A stretch of DNA of 24,000 nt. Origin: Rickettsiales bacterium. GTDB taxonomy: Bacteria > Pseudomonadota > Alphaproteobacteria > Rickettsiales > SXRF01. Made by a program: the position numbers and the translations under genes. The notes beneath the pieces were generated by a model. The model did no database searches. It was not told the origin of the DNA and saw only the letters and a program-made list of their open reading frames with translations. The stretch lies in NCBI GenBank assembly GCA_040080715.1, contig JBEBHV010000002.1:33398-57397 (forward strand), given 5' to 3'. Shown here one piece after another: positions 8,263 through 16,854 of this stretch; the first letter of the stretch is position 1, and each line of letters begins with the position of its first letter.

Positions 8263-8280
8263 ACAGAAAATAACGATATA

Positions 8281-8381
8281 TCATTATTTTCTGGTTACGC
8301 CCGCTTTGCGGCGAAAAATCGGACTTTAGGTCTCGATTTTCATACTTCATTCTGTATTTTTTAATACAGAATGAAGTATAA
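8281..8381. repeat. Structured ~100-nt repeat, copy A1 (SL1 8298-8313, SL2 8318-8337, terminal hairpin 8342-8379)
   Basis: Aligns base-for-base with 9899-9998: shared tcattattt, ttacgc, gaaaatcgg and ctcgattttcata. All three stems are retained through compensatory changes. Confidence 0.8.
8342..8379 (-). terminator. Perfect 17-bp-stem hairpin 12 nt downstream of the permease stop; possible terminator or 3' stabiliser
   Basis: atacttcattctgtatt-tttt-aatacagaatgaagtat. No clean U-tract directly after it on the minus strand. The next stem (SL2) is followed by ttttt on the minus strand. Confidence 0.4.
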
Positions 8382-8391
8382 AGCTTCACTT

Positions 8392-9840
8392 TTAAGGGTT
8401 ATGGCGCAGTTTACTGTGGTTTTTGCTGTAGGCGAAGTAAATAGCCAAGCCAATTGTCAGATAAACTAGGTAAAATATGACAGTTACCGGGTTGGAAAGC
8501 AGCCCATATATCAAATATCCGCAGAATAATATGCCAAGTATCGGGAAAAACGGAGAAAAAGGCACTTTGAACGGACGTGCCAGTTCTGGCTCGGCTTTGC
8601 GCAGATAAAGCACAGTGAAGCAGATAATGGCAAAGGCGGTAAGGGTTCCCAGTGACACTAAATCCCCCAGAATGCTAATAGGGGTGGTAGCGGCAACCAG
8701 CCCAATAACCAGACCAACCACTATGGTATTGATATAAGGTGTGTGGAATTTAGGGTGAACCTTGCTGAAAACCGCCGGCATAAGCCCATCTTTCGACATT
8801 GTATAAAACACTCGTGTCTGTCCATACATCAGTACCATCATCACCGAAGTAAGACCAGCAATTGCGCCGATTTTTATTACAAATGACAGCCACGGCAGGT
8901 TAATTGCGTCCACTGCTTTAGCTATAGGATCGGGAACATTAAGGGTAGAATAGGGAACAATACCGGTCAGAACTGCAGCTACCGCCATATAAAGAATTGT
9001 ACACACTGCAAGTGAGCCTAAAATCCCGATTGGTATATCGCGTTGCGGGTTTTTTGCCTCCTGCGCGGCGGTGGAAACTGCTTCAAAACCAACATAAGCA
9101 AAGAAAACAATGCCGGCACCGCGTAAAATTCCGCTCCATCCGTAGTTTCCTTCGCTGGTTTCTTCAGGGATAAAAGGATGCCAATTCGCAGTATCTACAT
9201 AAAAAGCACCAAAAATGATAAACAGCAAAACCACGGCAAGTTTTATAAGAACTATTATGTTATTGATATTGGCGGATTCTTTTATACCAATTACCAGAAG
9301 CGATGCCATTGCACCAACGCCAAACAGAGCGGGAAGGTTGATGCCACCTGTAAATACAATATCTTTCCCGTCATTGATGATTTGCAGGGTAGGGGTGGTA
9401 AGGACAGCCGGAATTATTATATCAAAATTTTTAAGGAAACTGACCACATAGCCCGACCAGCCAACCGCTACTGTTGAAGCGGCGATTCCATATTCCAGAA
9501 GTAATAGCAGCCCCATGATCCAGGCGAGCAGCTCGCCAACGCTGGCATAAGCATAGGAATAAGCACTGCCGGAAACCGGAAGCATGGAGGAAAGTTCGGC
9601 GTAGCAAAGTCCGGCAAAAGCGCAGCAAAGACCGGCGATAACAAATGAGATCATAATAGCAGGTCCAGCATACTCAGCAGCAGCTTGTCCGGTCATGACG
9701 AAAATACCGGCACCGATGATGCAGCCAATACCGAGGCTTATCAGATTTAGCGCGGATAATGTGCGCTTCAATTCGCCTTTTTGTGATTCTGCTTGAATTG
9801 CGGCAATTGATTTTTTTACCATGAATTTGGACAGACTCAT
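8392..9840 (-). CDS. Amino-acid permease, APC superfamily (cationic amino-acid transporter / YhdG-like)
   Basis: About 12-14 TM segments. N-terminal APC motif LISLGIGCIIGAGIFVMTGQAA. Start moved to ATG 9840 (MSLSKF...) because the 4 upstream codons of the ORF-track call are the SD itself (gggaggtggtATG). Confidence 0.85.
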   Translation of the reverse strand: MSLSKFMVKKSIAAIQAESQKGELKRTLSALNLISLGIGCIIGAGIFVMTGQAAAEYAGPAIMISFVIAGLCCAFAGLCYAELSSMLPVSGSAYSYAYASVGELLAWIMGLLLLLEYGIAASTVAVGWSGYVVSFLKNFDIIIPAVLTTPTLQIINDGKDIVFTGGINLPALFGVGAMASLLVIGIKESANINNIIVLIKLAVVLLFIIFGAFYVDTANWHPFIPEETSEGNYGWSGILRGAGIVFFAYVGFEAVSTAAQEAKNPQRDIPIGILGSLAVCTILYMAVAAVLTGIVPYSTLNVPDPIAKAVDAINLPWLSFVIKIGAIAGLTSVMMVLMYGQTRVFYTMSKDGLMPAVFSKVHPKFHTPYINTIVVGLVIGLVAATTPISILGDLVSLGTLTAFAIICFTVLYLRKAEPELARPFKVPFSPFFPILGILFCGYLIYGLLSNPVTVIFYLVYLTIGLAIYFAYSKNHSKLRHNP

Positions 9841-9898
9841 ACCACCTCCCAATGATTTTTTATTAACCTTAATTAGTTACCAAATAATAACTTCACAG

Positions 9899-10016
9899 TC
9901 ATTATTTAGAGATTACGCTTGCTTCGCAGCGGAAAATCGGTCTTTCGGACTCGATTTTCATAGTAATTCCGTAAAATTATTATACGGAATTACTATAACC
10001 GTTTGGTTCTAGCGGT
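9899..10016. repeat. Structured ~100-nt repeat, copy A2 (SL1 9916-9931, SL2 9936-9955, hairpin 9960-9996) plus the flanking gtttggttctag motif
   Basis: Same orientation as A1. Lies between the divergent permease and lipoprotein genes. The hairpin plus its 3' flank recur inverted at 17716-17768. Confidence 0.8.
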
Positions 10017-10113
10017 TCAGGTGATATTTGCAATGATTATTTATAATCCCTCATTTATAACTTATATCAAAATACCTATCGCTAATTTATGCTGTTTCTA
10101 TTATTATGCGCCC

Positions 10114-10377
10114 ATGAAAAAGCTGCTGATTATATCTTCATTTCTGCTAATTGCCGCCTGCGCAACGCCTGAGCAGCTCGCCGAGAACAAGCGTTTGCAA
10201 CAACAAGCTGATTTCGATACTTGTGCCAGTTACGGCATACGCCCCAAAACTGATATGTTTGCCAATTGCCTGATGCAGCTTGATTTGATCCGTCAGAGAA
10301 ATTATTACCGCAACGATGATTATTACCGTCCGGCACCACATATTTATGGCGGAATGGGATTTTACCGCTATCACTAA
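10114..10377 (+). CDS. Small lipoprotein (hypothetical)
   Basis: Start moved to ATG 10114: MKKLLIISSFLLIAAC has a lipobox L-I-A-A-C. 87 aa with a Y/R/N-rich C-terminus. The ORF-track N-terminal extension runs into repeat A2. Confidence 0.7.
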   Translation: MKKLLIISSFLLIAACATPEQLAENKRLQQQADFDTCASYGIRPKTDMFANCLMQLDLIRQRNYYRNDDYYRPAPHIYGGMGFYRYH

Positions 10378-10404
10378 GCTCAAAGTTTGCATATATAAGG
10401 CGAT

Positions 10405-11301
10405 ATGCGTAACTTAATCGAAAGCAATTTTGGGCTGGTGCTGCTTATTTCCTGTGTGGTGGGGCTTGCGGTTCCTGCTCTTGCCGCTGTTCCTGATGCT
10501 TCCGCCTTTGTGTCTCTTGCGATACTCACCTATGCTTCCTGTTTCAAATTGAAAGATGGTGGATTTTCTGAAATACGCTGGTGGAATATCACGCTGTTTT
10601 ATGTGGTTAGATTTATAATTTTGCCAATAATTCTGTTCGTAATTACGCTGAAAATTTTTCCTGAATATGCCGCAGCCATATTCCTTCTTGCGCTACTGCC
10701 CACAGCAGTTTCCAGCCCGGCTTTTGCCAATATGTTTGGCGGGCGTGTGCCACCAGCTTTTGCCATTGTAATTTTGAGTACTATCCTTGCGCCATTCCTC
10801 ATTCCATTACAATGCTCACTGGTGCTTGCTGATGCAAGTGTAACACCTACTACCCTGCCTTTATTCAAAACTCTGGCATTTTGTATTTTTGTGCCGATGC
10901 TTCTATATTTTATGACTCATAACTTCCACAAATTTGGCAAGGTAATGTATGATAATGTAAAGCTAATTTCTATTATTCTGGTGGCGTTTGTAATCGCCCT
11001 GGTTATTGCCAAGCAGCGTGAATTTATTTTAGGAAACACTGTCGGTATCATTATCCCGATATTGCTAACGCTGGTTTGTTATATTATATTCTTTGCCTGT
11101 GGCTGGATGTTTGCGAAAGGAAAAGACAGACAAACCCGCATCAGCTTTGCCACCTGCTCAACGTTTAACAATGTCGCACTGGGAGTTAGCATTGCCTTGC
11201 TGCATTTCCCACAAAAAGTGGTGTTATTCGTCGCTGTAAGTGAAATGGCATGGGCAGTGCTGCCAATTATGTTTCGCTGGTTTTTAGGAAAAGCAAAATG
11301 A
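10405..11301 (+). CDS. Integral membrane transporter, bile acid:Na+ symporter (SBF/BASS)-like fold
   Basis: 298 aa with about 9-10 TM segments. The motifs LLPTAVSSPAFANMFGG and CSTFNNVALGVSIALL resemble the two discontinuous-helix signatures of the BASS/ACR3 fold. Stop TGA overlaps the ctaG ATG (aaaATGAgt). Confidence 0.6.
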   Translation: MRNLIESNFGLVLLISCVVGLAVPALAAVPDASAFVSLAILTYASCFKLKDGGFSEIRWWNITLFYVVRFIILPIILFVITLKIFPEYAAAIFLLALLPTAVSSPAFANMFGGRVPPAFAIVILSTILAPFLIPLQCSLVLADASVTPTTLPLFKTLAFCIFVPMLLYFMTHNFHKFGKVMYDNVKLISIILVAFVIALVIAKQREFILGNTVGIIIPILLTLVCYIIFFACGWMFAKGKDRQTRISFATCSTFNNVALGVSIALLHFPQKVVLFVAVSEMAWAVLPIMFRWFLGKAK

Positions 11302-11822
11302 GTAATAAGAATACCAAATTAGCATTTAACCTAATTACAATGGCGACAGGGATGTTTATGCTTGCCTATGCTTCCGTGCCATTATACCGCCTGTTCTGTG
11401 AGGTTACCGGTTATGGCGGAACAACTCAAAAAGCAAGTATGGCTCCACAAAATATCTCACAAAGAACAATAAATATTGAGTTTAACGCTGATATTGACCC
11501 TGCCCTGAATTGGGAATTCAAGCCTGGAGAACGCTCGCATAAGGTGAAAATAGGGGAGCAGACATTAACCTATTATGTTGCTCATAATCGCGAAAACCAG
11601 CCGGTTACTGGGAGATCAGTGTATAATGTCGTACCGTTCAAGGCAGGGATTTATTTCTCTAAAATCGAGTGTTTCTGCTTCACCGAGCAGACTTTAGAAG
11701 CTGGTCAGAAGGTTGATATGCCGGTATCATTTTTTATCGATCCAGCAATGTTAAATGACCCGGATATGAAAGACGTTAATACTATTACACTTTCTTATAC
11801 TTTCTTTCCTGTAAAAAAATGA
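11298..11822 (+). CDS. ctaG: Cytochrome c oxidase assembly (copper chaperone) protein CtaG/Cox11
   Basis: Start at ATG 11298 (MSNKNTKLAF...). Single N-terminal TM segment, VPLYRLFCEVTGYGGT, and the copper-binding CFCF motif (KIECFCFTEQ). Sits directly upstream of ctaE. Confidence 0.9.
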   Translation: MSNKNTKLAFNLITMATGMFMLAYASVPLYRLFCEVTGYGGTTQKASMAPQNISQRTINIEFNADIDPALNWEFKPGERSHKVKIGEQTLTYYVAHNRENQPVTGRSVYNVVPFKAGIYFSKIECFCFTEQTLEAGQKVDMPVSFFIDPAMLNDPDMKDVNTITLSYTFFPVKK

Positions 11823-11844
11823 CAGAAAAAATGATTTTACAAAC

Positions 11845-11853
11845 TGCTATAAT
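11845..11853 (+). promoter_or_regulatory. Candidate extended -10 promoter (TGcTATAAT) in the ctaG-ctaE spacer
   Basis: tgctataat at 11845-11853, about 64 nt upstream of the ctaE ATG. No clear -35. Confidence 0.3.
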
Positions 11854-11916
11854 TTGCTACACACTAGTCCATTAGTAGTTACTTGTAATATAAAGATATT
11901 GCTTAAAGAGATTTTC

Positions 11917-12906
11917 ATGTCCAAAGATACTCATCATAATTCCGATTCACACGCAGACCATCCCTACCATCTGGTAGATCCCAGCCCGTGGCCGGCTCTT
12001 GGAGCGGTTTCGCTACTCAGCCTGACAATGGGGGGGGCGATGTTCATGCATGGCAAACCAGGTGGTATGGTATTGTTGCTTATTGGTCTTGCGGTGGTGC
12101 TATATACCATGTTTGTGTGGTGGCGGGATGTGATCAAGGAAGGCATTACTGATAAGGCGCATACCTATAAGGTGAGAACAGGCTTGCGTCTGGGTATGGC
12201 ACTTTTTATCGTGTCGGAAGTTTTGTTTTTTGCGGCATTTTTCTGGTCATTCTTTAACGCCAGCACCCTTCCTAAATTGCCGATTGCCGATGATCTATGG
12301 AAAATTGCTGATGGTACTTGGCCACCTGCCGGTATAGTGCCGTTTGACCCGATGCACCTTCCTTTCCTCAATACCCTTATTTTACTTCTTTCCGGCACTA
12401 CCGTAACTTGGGCGCATTACGCAATTCTCAATAAAGACCAGAAAAGTGCGGTAACCGCACTATATTATACTGTTGCTCTTGGCGTGAGCTTTACTGCCTT
12501 ACAGGTATATGAATATACCCATGCCGCCTTTGGCTTCAAAGATGGGGTGTATGCCTCTAATTTCTATATGGCAACCGGATTTCATGGTTTTCACGTCCTG
12601 GTTGGAACTATATTTTTGGCAATCTGTCTGATTCGTGCCAAGAAAAATCAATTCACGCCGGAGCATCATCTGGGTTTTGAATTTGCTGCATGGTATTGGC
12701 ATTTCGTAGACGTTGTCTGGTTATTTCTATTCTTGTTTGTCTATCTTGATTTTGCCAATGTAGCTATGCCGGCACTTACTACTATTTTCACCGGCACTAA
12801 TCTATTGATAGCATTTTTATTATCACTGGTTGGCGCGGTATTCGTGGCATGTCGTATATTGGAAAAAAACAAGGTAACGCCTAAGCCAAAAGTGCGGCAT
12901 CATTGA
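11917..12906 (+). CDS. ctaE: Cytochrome c oxidase (aa3-type) subunit III with an extra C-terminal transmembrane extension
   Basis: Start at ATG 11917 (MSKDTHH...HPYHLVDPSPWP). Hallmarks GFHGFHVLVGT and WYWHFVDVVWLFLF. About 55 additional residues, including one hydrophobic helix, follow the usual C-terminus. Confidence 0.9.
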   Translation: MSKDTHHNSDSHADHPYHLVDPSPWPALGAVSLLSLTMGGAMFMHGKPGGMVLLLIGLAVVLYTMFVWWRDVIKEGITDKAHTYKVRTGLRLGMALFIVSEVLFFAAFFWSFFNASTLPKLPIADDLWKIADGTWPPAGIVPFDPMHLPFLNTLILLLSGTTVTWAHYAILNKDQKSAVTALYYTVALGVSFTALQVYEYTHAAFGFKDGVYASNFYMATGFHGFHVLVGTIFLAICLIRAKKNQFTPEHHLGFEFAAWYWHFVDVVWLFLFLFVYLDFANVAMPALTTIFTGTNLLIAFLLSLVGAVFVACRILEKNKVTPKPKVRHH

Positions 12907-13283
12907 GCGAGACAGACGCAGATAAGAAAGATGATTCTGTTTCTGTAGCCTATCTGTCTTTGCGCGCCCGTTGTCCGCGTTGTGCAAAAACCTCTCTGTA
13001 TAAAGACTTTCTTACAATAGCTGAATCCTGCTCTGTATGTGGTCTATCATTCAAGGGGCATGAACAGGGTGATGGTCCTGCGGTCTTTTGTATTTTTATT
13101 ATCGGATCATTCACCGCAATTTTTGCCACAGTTACCGAAGTTATGTTTGCACCACCTTACTTGCTGCATGCGGCTATCTGGATTCCGTTTATTACCATCA
13201 GTTCCCTGCTGGGAATAAGAATGACCAAAGCCGCTCTGATTGCCTTGCAATATAAATATCGTAAGGAAGATTTTGAGTTATGA
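12903..13283 (+). CDS. DUF983-family small membrane protein (zinc-ribbon plus 2 TM), commonly found in alphaproteobacterial cox clusters
   Basis: CPRC...CSVCG four-Cys motif followed by two TM helices. TTG start overlaps the ctaE stop (catTTGAgc). There is no in-frame ATG before the Cys motif. Confidence 0.75.
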   Translation: MSETDADKKDDSVSVAYLSLRARCPRCAKTSLYKDFLTIAESCSVCGLSFKGHEQGDGPAVFCIFIIGSFTAIFATVTEVMFAPPYLLHAAIWIPFITISSLLGIRMTKAALIALQYKYRKEDFEL

Positions 13284-13289
13284 TAATCA

Positions 13290-15071
13290 CTACCCTACAC
13301 TCTTAAACTGCAGATCAGCCAACCTTGCATATAACGTGCTTTTTTGCAGTAATTCGCTATGAGTCCCTATCGCTTCAATATGCCCTTCATTAATCAGGAT
13401 TATGCTATCAGCTTTGGTTATGGTAGACAGGCGGTGGGCAATCACAAAGGTGGTGCGCCCCTTCATAACTAAGTCCAATGCTTTCTGAATATGATATTCA
13501 TTTTCTGAATCAAGCGCGCTGGTTGCTTCATCAAGGAGCAATATTTTGGGATTACGGACAACTGCCCGAGCAATAGCAATACGCTGTCTTTGACCACCGG
13601 AAAGCTGTATTCCTTTCTCTCCCAGATGAGTATCAAGGCCTTTGGGCAATTTCTCCAGAAATTCCAGAGCAGAAGCAGCGCGAGCAGCAGCTTCAATTTC
13701 CGCATCAGTAGCATTTATATTGCCTAAACGGATGTTCTCACGAGCTGTGGTAGAAAAAATAACCGGATCTTGTGGCACAATTCCGATGGAGGAACGCAGC
13801 AATTCAAGCGGGATGTCCCTTATATCTAGCCCATTAACTCGTATACACCCGTTGGAAGGATCATAAAAACGCAGTAACAACTGGAATATAGTTGTTTTCC
13901 CTGCTCCCGAAGGACCAACCAGGGCGATAGTCTTTCCTGATTGCACCTTCAGGGAAAACTTTTCAATAGCAGCTTTATCAGGACGGACAGGATAATGAAA
14001 AGTTACGTCCTCAAAATCAATATTAGCTTCGTGAATCACTACCTGTCCATGATCTTCCGGCGAGGTTATCTGCGGGGAAATAGAAAGCAGTTCAGCAAGC
14101 CTTTCTCCGGCTCCGGCTGCGCGCTGCAAATCCGCAACCACCTCTGAAATAGCACCAACCGCGCCAGCTACCACCACTGAATAAAACACAAAGGCTGAGA
14201 GTTGTCCGCCTGTTATGCTGCCATCCAGCACATCATGCCCACCCAGCCAAAGCACAGTTACAATCGCTCCAAACACCAATAAAATAACTAATGCCGTGAG
14301 AAAAGCGCGGGCGCGAATGCGTGAACTGGCAGAATCAAATGCACTTTCTACATGTTCGGTAAAGCTATGTTTCTTATATCCTTCCAGTGTAAGGGACTGG
14401 ATAGTACGGATCGCATTAAGTGATTCCTCAGCATGCGAGCTTATATCGGCAACTTTCTCTTGCGATTCTCTCCCAAGCAAACGTACTTTACGTCCCAGAA
14501 ATATTATGGGGATTATAGTTAAAGGAACCATGAAAGCCAAATAAACGGTTAATTTGGTGCTGGTTACCATAAGCAAGGTAAGACCGCCAAAAAACAAAAT
14601 AGTATTGCGCGCTGCCACCGAAACCGAACCGCCAATAACAGTTTGCAGCAAAGTTGTATCTGTGGTCAGGCGTGACAGCAACTCGCCAGTACGCGTGGTT
14701 TCAAAATAACCGATATGCATGGAAACCAGATGGCGGTAGACAGCATTGCGAATATCAGCAACCACTCTCTCTCCTATCCACGATACGAGGAAAAAACGGG
14801 CATAAGATGCTGCTGCAAGCAGTAAAGTAACGACCAGCAAAATAAAAAATGCTTTGTTAAGCAAATTAATATCACCTCTGCTAAGCCCGTTATCCACCAT
14901 ATAACGCAGACCAGCTCCCATACCAAGAACTGCACCGGATGAAAATAACAAGGCAAAAAACGCTGCAATAACTTGTTTTCTATAGGGTCTGACATAGCGC
15001 AGCAATGGCAGCAGATTTTTTATATTTCCCTTAGGACGGTCGGGAAGGCTTGCTGATGGATTATGTCTCAT
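13290..15071 (-). CDS. ABC exporter half-transporter (fused TMD-NBD, ABCB / MsbA-Mdl-Atm1-like)
   Basis: 593 aa. Six N-terminal TM helices, Walker A GPSGAGKTT, signature LSGGQRQR, Walker B ILLLDEATSALD, H-loop IAHRLST. The subfamily cannot be resolved by eye. Confidence 0.9.
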   Translation of the reverse strand: MRHNPSASLPDRPKGNIKNLLPLLRYVRPYRKQVIAAFFALLFSSGAVLGMGAGLRYMVDNGLSRGDINLLNKAFFILLVVTLLLAAASYARFFLVSWIGERVVADIRNAVYRHLVSMHIGYFETTRTGELLSRLTTDTTLLQTVIGGSVSVAARNTILFFGGLTLLMVTSTKLTVYLAFMVPLTIIPIIFLGRKVRLLGRESQEKVADISSHAEESLNAIRTIQSLTLEGYKKHSFTEHVESAFDSASSRIRARAFLTALVILLVFGAIVTVLWLGGHDVLDGSITGGQLSAFVFYSVVVAGAVGAISEVVADLQRAAGAGERLAELLSISPQITSPEDHGQVVIHEANIDFEDVTFHYPVRPDKAAIEKFSLKVQSGKTIALVGPSGAGKTTIFQLLLRFYDPSNGCIRVNGLDIRDIPLELLRSSIGIVPQDPVIFSTTARENIRLGNINATDAEIEAAARAASALEFLEKLPKGLDTHLGEKGIQLSGGQRQRIAIARAVVRNPKILLLDEATSALDSENEYHIQKALDLVMKGRTTFVIAHRLSTITKADSIILINEGHIEAIGTHSELLQKSTLYARLADLQFKSVG

Positions 15072-15076
15072 TTATT

Positions 15077-15406
15077 TCATGACTCCAGCTTGATGTCTAT
15101 GTTAGCCAGTGCTTTCAACTCTGCTGATAACATAGTGTTCAAGGTAACACCATCTGCAAGTTTCCAATTATTTGCTAACGCATCGTAAGAAAAATGCTTA
15201 CCGCCACTTAATGGAGAAGACAACCATATCTGCTGGCTGGGCGCGTGCTTATTTATAATAATTTGCTTGTCTGAATTAAAGGTGATCATAATAATCCCAT
15301 TTTGGTAATCCAGCTCCAGATCGCCGGATTCATCTAGCTTATCAAGTGATTCAGCTAATTTATCCAGAGTTTTTTCGGCAAGTTGTGTGAAATCTTTTTC
15401 CAGCAT
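15077..15406 (-). CDS. cyaY: Frataxin homologue CyaY (iron-sulfur cluster assembly)
   Basis: Start moved to ATG 15406 (MLEKDFTQLAEKTLDKL...), giving 109 aa. Acidic N-terminal helix, then LDYQNGIIMITF...IIINKHAPSQQIWLSSPLSGGKHF, a frataxin/CyaY-like pattern. Stop lies 5 nt before the ABC gene ATG. Confidence 0.8.
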   Translation of the reverse strand: MLEKDFTQLAEKTLDKLAESLDKLDESGDLELDYQNGIIMITFNSDKQIIINKHAPSQQIWLSSPLSGGKHFSYDALANNWKLADGVTLNTMLSAELKALANIDIKLES

Positions 15407-15609
15407 GATACAGATATAATAATGAGTTAAAGCAATGTATTGCAATAATTTGTTGGTTTATCGGTTAGTGGCAGCTTACGACAAAAATACAACAATCTGC
15501 TACAAATAGTTTCCATTATAAAAATTTAATCCTTTATTCATCAGAATTGCCGTATAATTGGTGCAATGCAATATAGTTATGCTATTATAGCGGCAAGGGG
15601 AATCATAAA

Positions 15610-16854
15610 ATGATCGGCATGAACGAAAATAGTCCACTTTATCATCTGCACGAAATGCATTATGCAGCCATTACTCCTATAAATATCATGGCTAGTGCTG
15701 CTGCTATGCTGCATAGCCACCCTTTCAGCCCTTTTTCTTATACCGGATATAGCAAACATGTAGCTGCCGGTGCGGAAGTTCTGCAACGTATGACACGTCG
15801 CTACGCTAAGCCGGACTTCGGAATTGCCCACACTATTGTCGATGGCAAACAAACAACTATTTACGAAGAAGTAATAGGCGAAAAACCATTCTGTCGCCTG
15901 CTGCACTTCAAAAAACACGGCAAGATAGTACAGCCGAAATTGCTGCTGGTTGCTCCGATGTCCGGTCATCATGCAACTTTACTGCGTGGTACTGTGGAAG
16001 CATTGTTGCCTTTCCTTGATGTTTATATAACCGACTGGCTTGATGCCCGCCACGTCTCAACAACGCATGGTGCTTTCCATCTGGAAGATTATATTGCTTA
16101 CACTATTGAATTTATCCGTGACCTTGGACCGGATGTGCATCTTATGGCAGTGTGCCAACCGTCTGTTCCGGTTATGGTCGCTGCTGCGGTGATGAACGAA
16201 GCAAAAGACAAAGCTGCTCCACGTTCCATGACTCTAATCGGTGGACCGATCGATACCCGCGTCAATCCTACTAAAGTCAATTTATCAGCTACTGAAAAAC
16301 CGCTATCATGGTTTGAAAAAAATGTAATTACCCGTGTGCCTGTGCATTATTCTGGTTTTATGCGCCGGGTTTATCCAGGGTTTTTACAGCTTACCGGTTT
16401 CATGACTCTGAATATGGAACGCCACGTCACCGCCCACAAAGATCTGTTCAAGCATTTGGTGGAAGGTGATGGTGAAAGCGCGCGCGCCCATAAAAAATTC
16501 TATGATGAATATCTTTCCGTGGCCGATTTGCCTGCTGAGTTTTATCTGGATTGCATTGATCAGGTTTTCCAACGCCAGCTATTACCAAAAGGCGAGTTCA
16601 TGTATAAAGGCAAGAAGGTGAAGCCTGAAACCATTACCGAAACCGCGCTGCTTACACTGGAAGGAGAGCTGGATGATATTTCCGGCGTTGGGCAAACCGA
16701 AGCAGCACAGAAACTCTGCAAAAACCTGCCTGCCAATATGCGTAAGCATTATATGCAGAAAGGCGTAGGGCATTATGGTATTTTTAACGGCCGTAAGTTC
16801 CGGGAAAATGTCGTGCCTATCATTGTTGATTTCGTGGGCAAGCATAATAAATAG
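15610..16854 (+). CDS. phaZ: Intracellular polyhydroxyalkanoate (PHB) depolymerase, PhaZ family
   Basis: 414 aa. N-terminal LYHLHEMHYA motif. Cys nucleophile context AVCQPSVP, Asp in GELDDISG and His in GVGHYGIFNG, matching the Cys-Asp-His arrangement of PhaZa1-type enzymes. SD aagggga lies upstream of the ATG. Confidence 0.85.
   Translation: MIGMNENSPLYHLHEMHYAAITPINIMASAAAMLHSHPFSPFSYTGYSKHVAAGAEVLQRMTRRYAKPDFGIAHTIVDGKQTTIYEEVIGEKPFCRLLHFKKHGKIVQPKLLLVAPMSGHHATLLRGTVEALLPFLDVYITDWLDARHVSTTHGAFHLEDYIAYTIEFIRDLGPDVHLMAVCQPSVPVMVAAAVMNEAKDKAAPRSMTLIGGPIDTRVNPTKVNLSATEKPLSWFEKNVITRVPVHYSGFMRRVYPGFLQLTGFMTLNMERHVTAHKDLFKHLVEGDGESARAHKKFYDEYLSVADLPAEFYLDCIDQVFQRQLLPKGEFMYKGKKVKPETITETALLTLEGELDDISGVGQTEAAQKLCKNLPANMRKHYMQKGVGHYGIFNGRKFRENVVPIIVDFVGKHNK

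Noticed and set aside
9841-9852. ORF-track upstream starts for the permease (9852), lipoprotein (10003), ctaG (11250), ctaE (11854) and cyaY (15445)
   Set aside because: In each case an internal ATG gives the family-typical N-terminus, preceded by an SD or an overlapping stop. The extensions use non-ATG starts, run through repeats or the SD itself, or add non-conserved hydrophobic junk.
15577-15972. 131-aa minus-strand ORF overlapping the phaZ 5' region
   Set aside because: It overlaps a well-supported phaZ coding region on the other strand and has no motif or SD.
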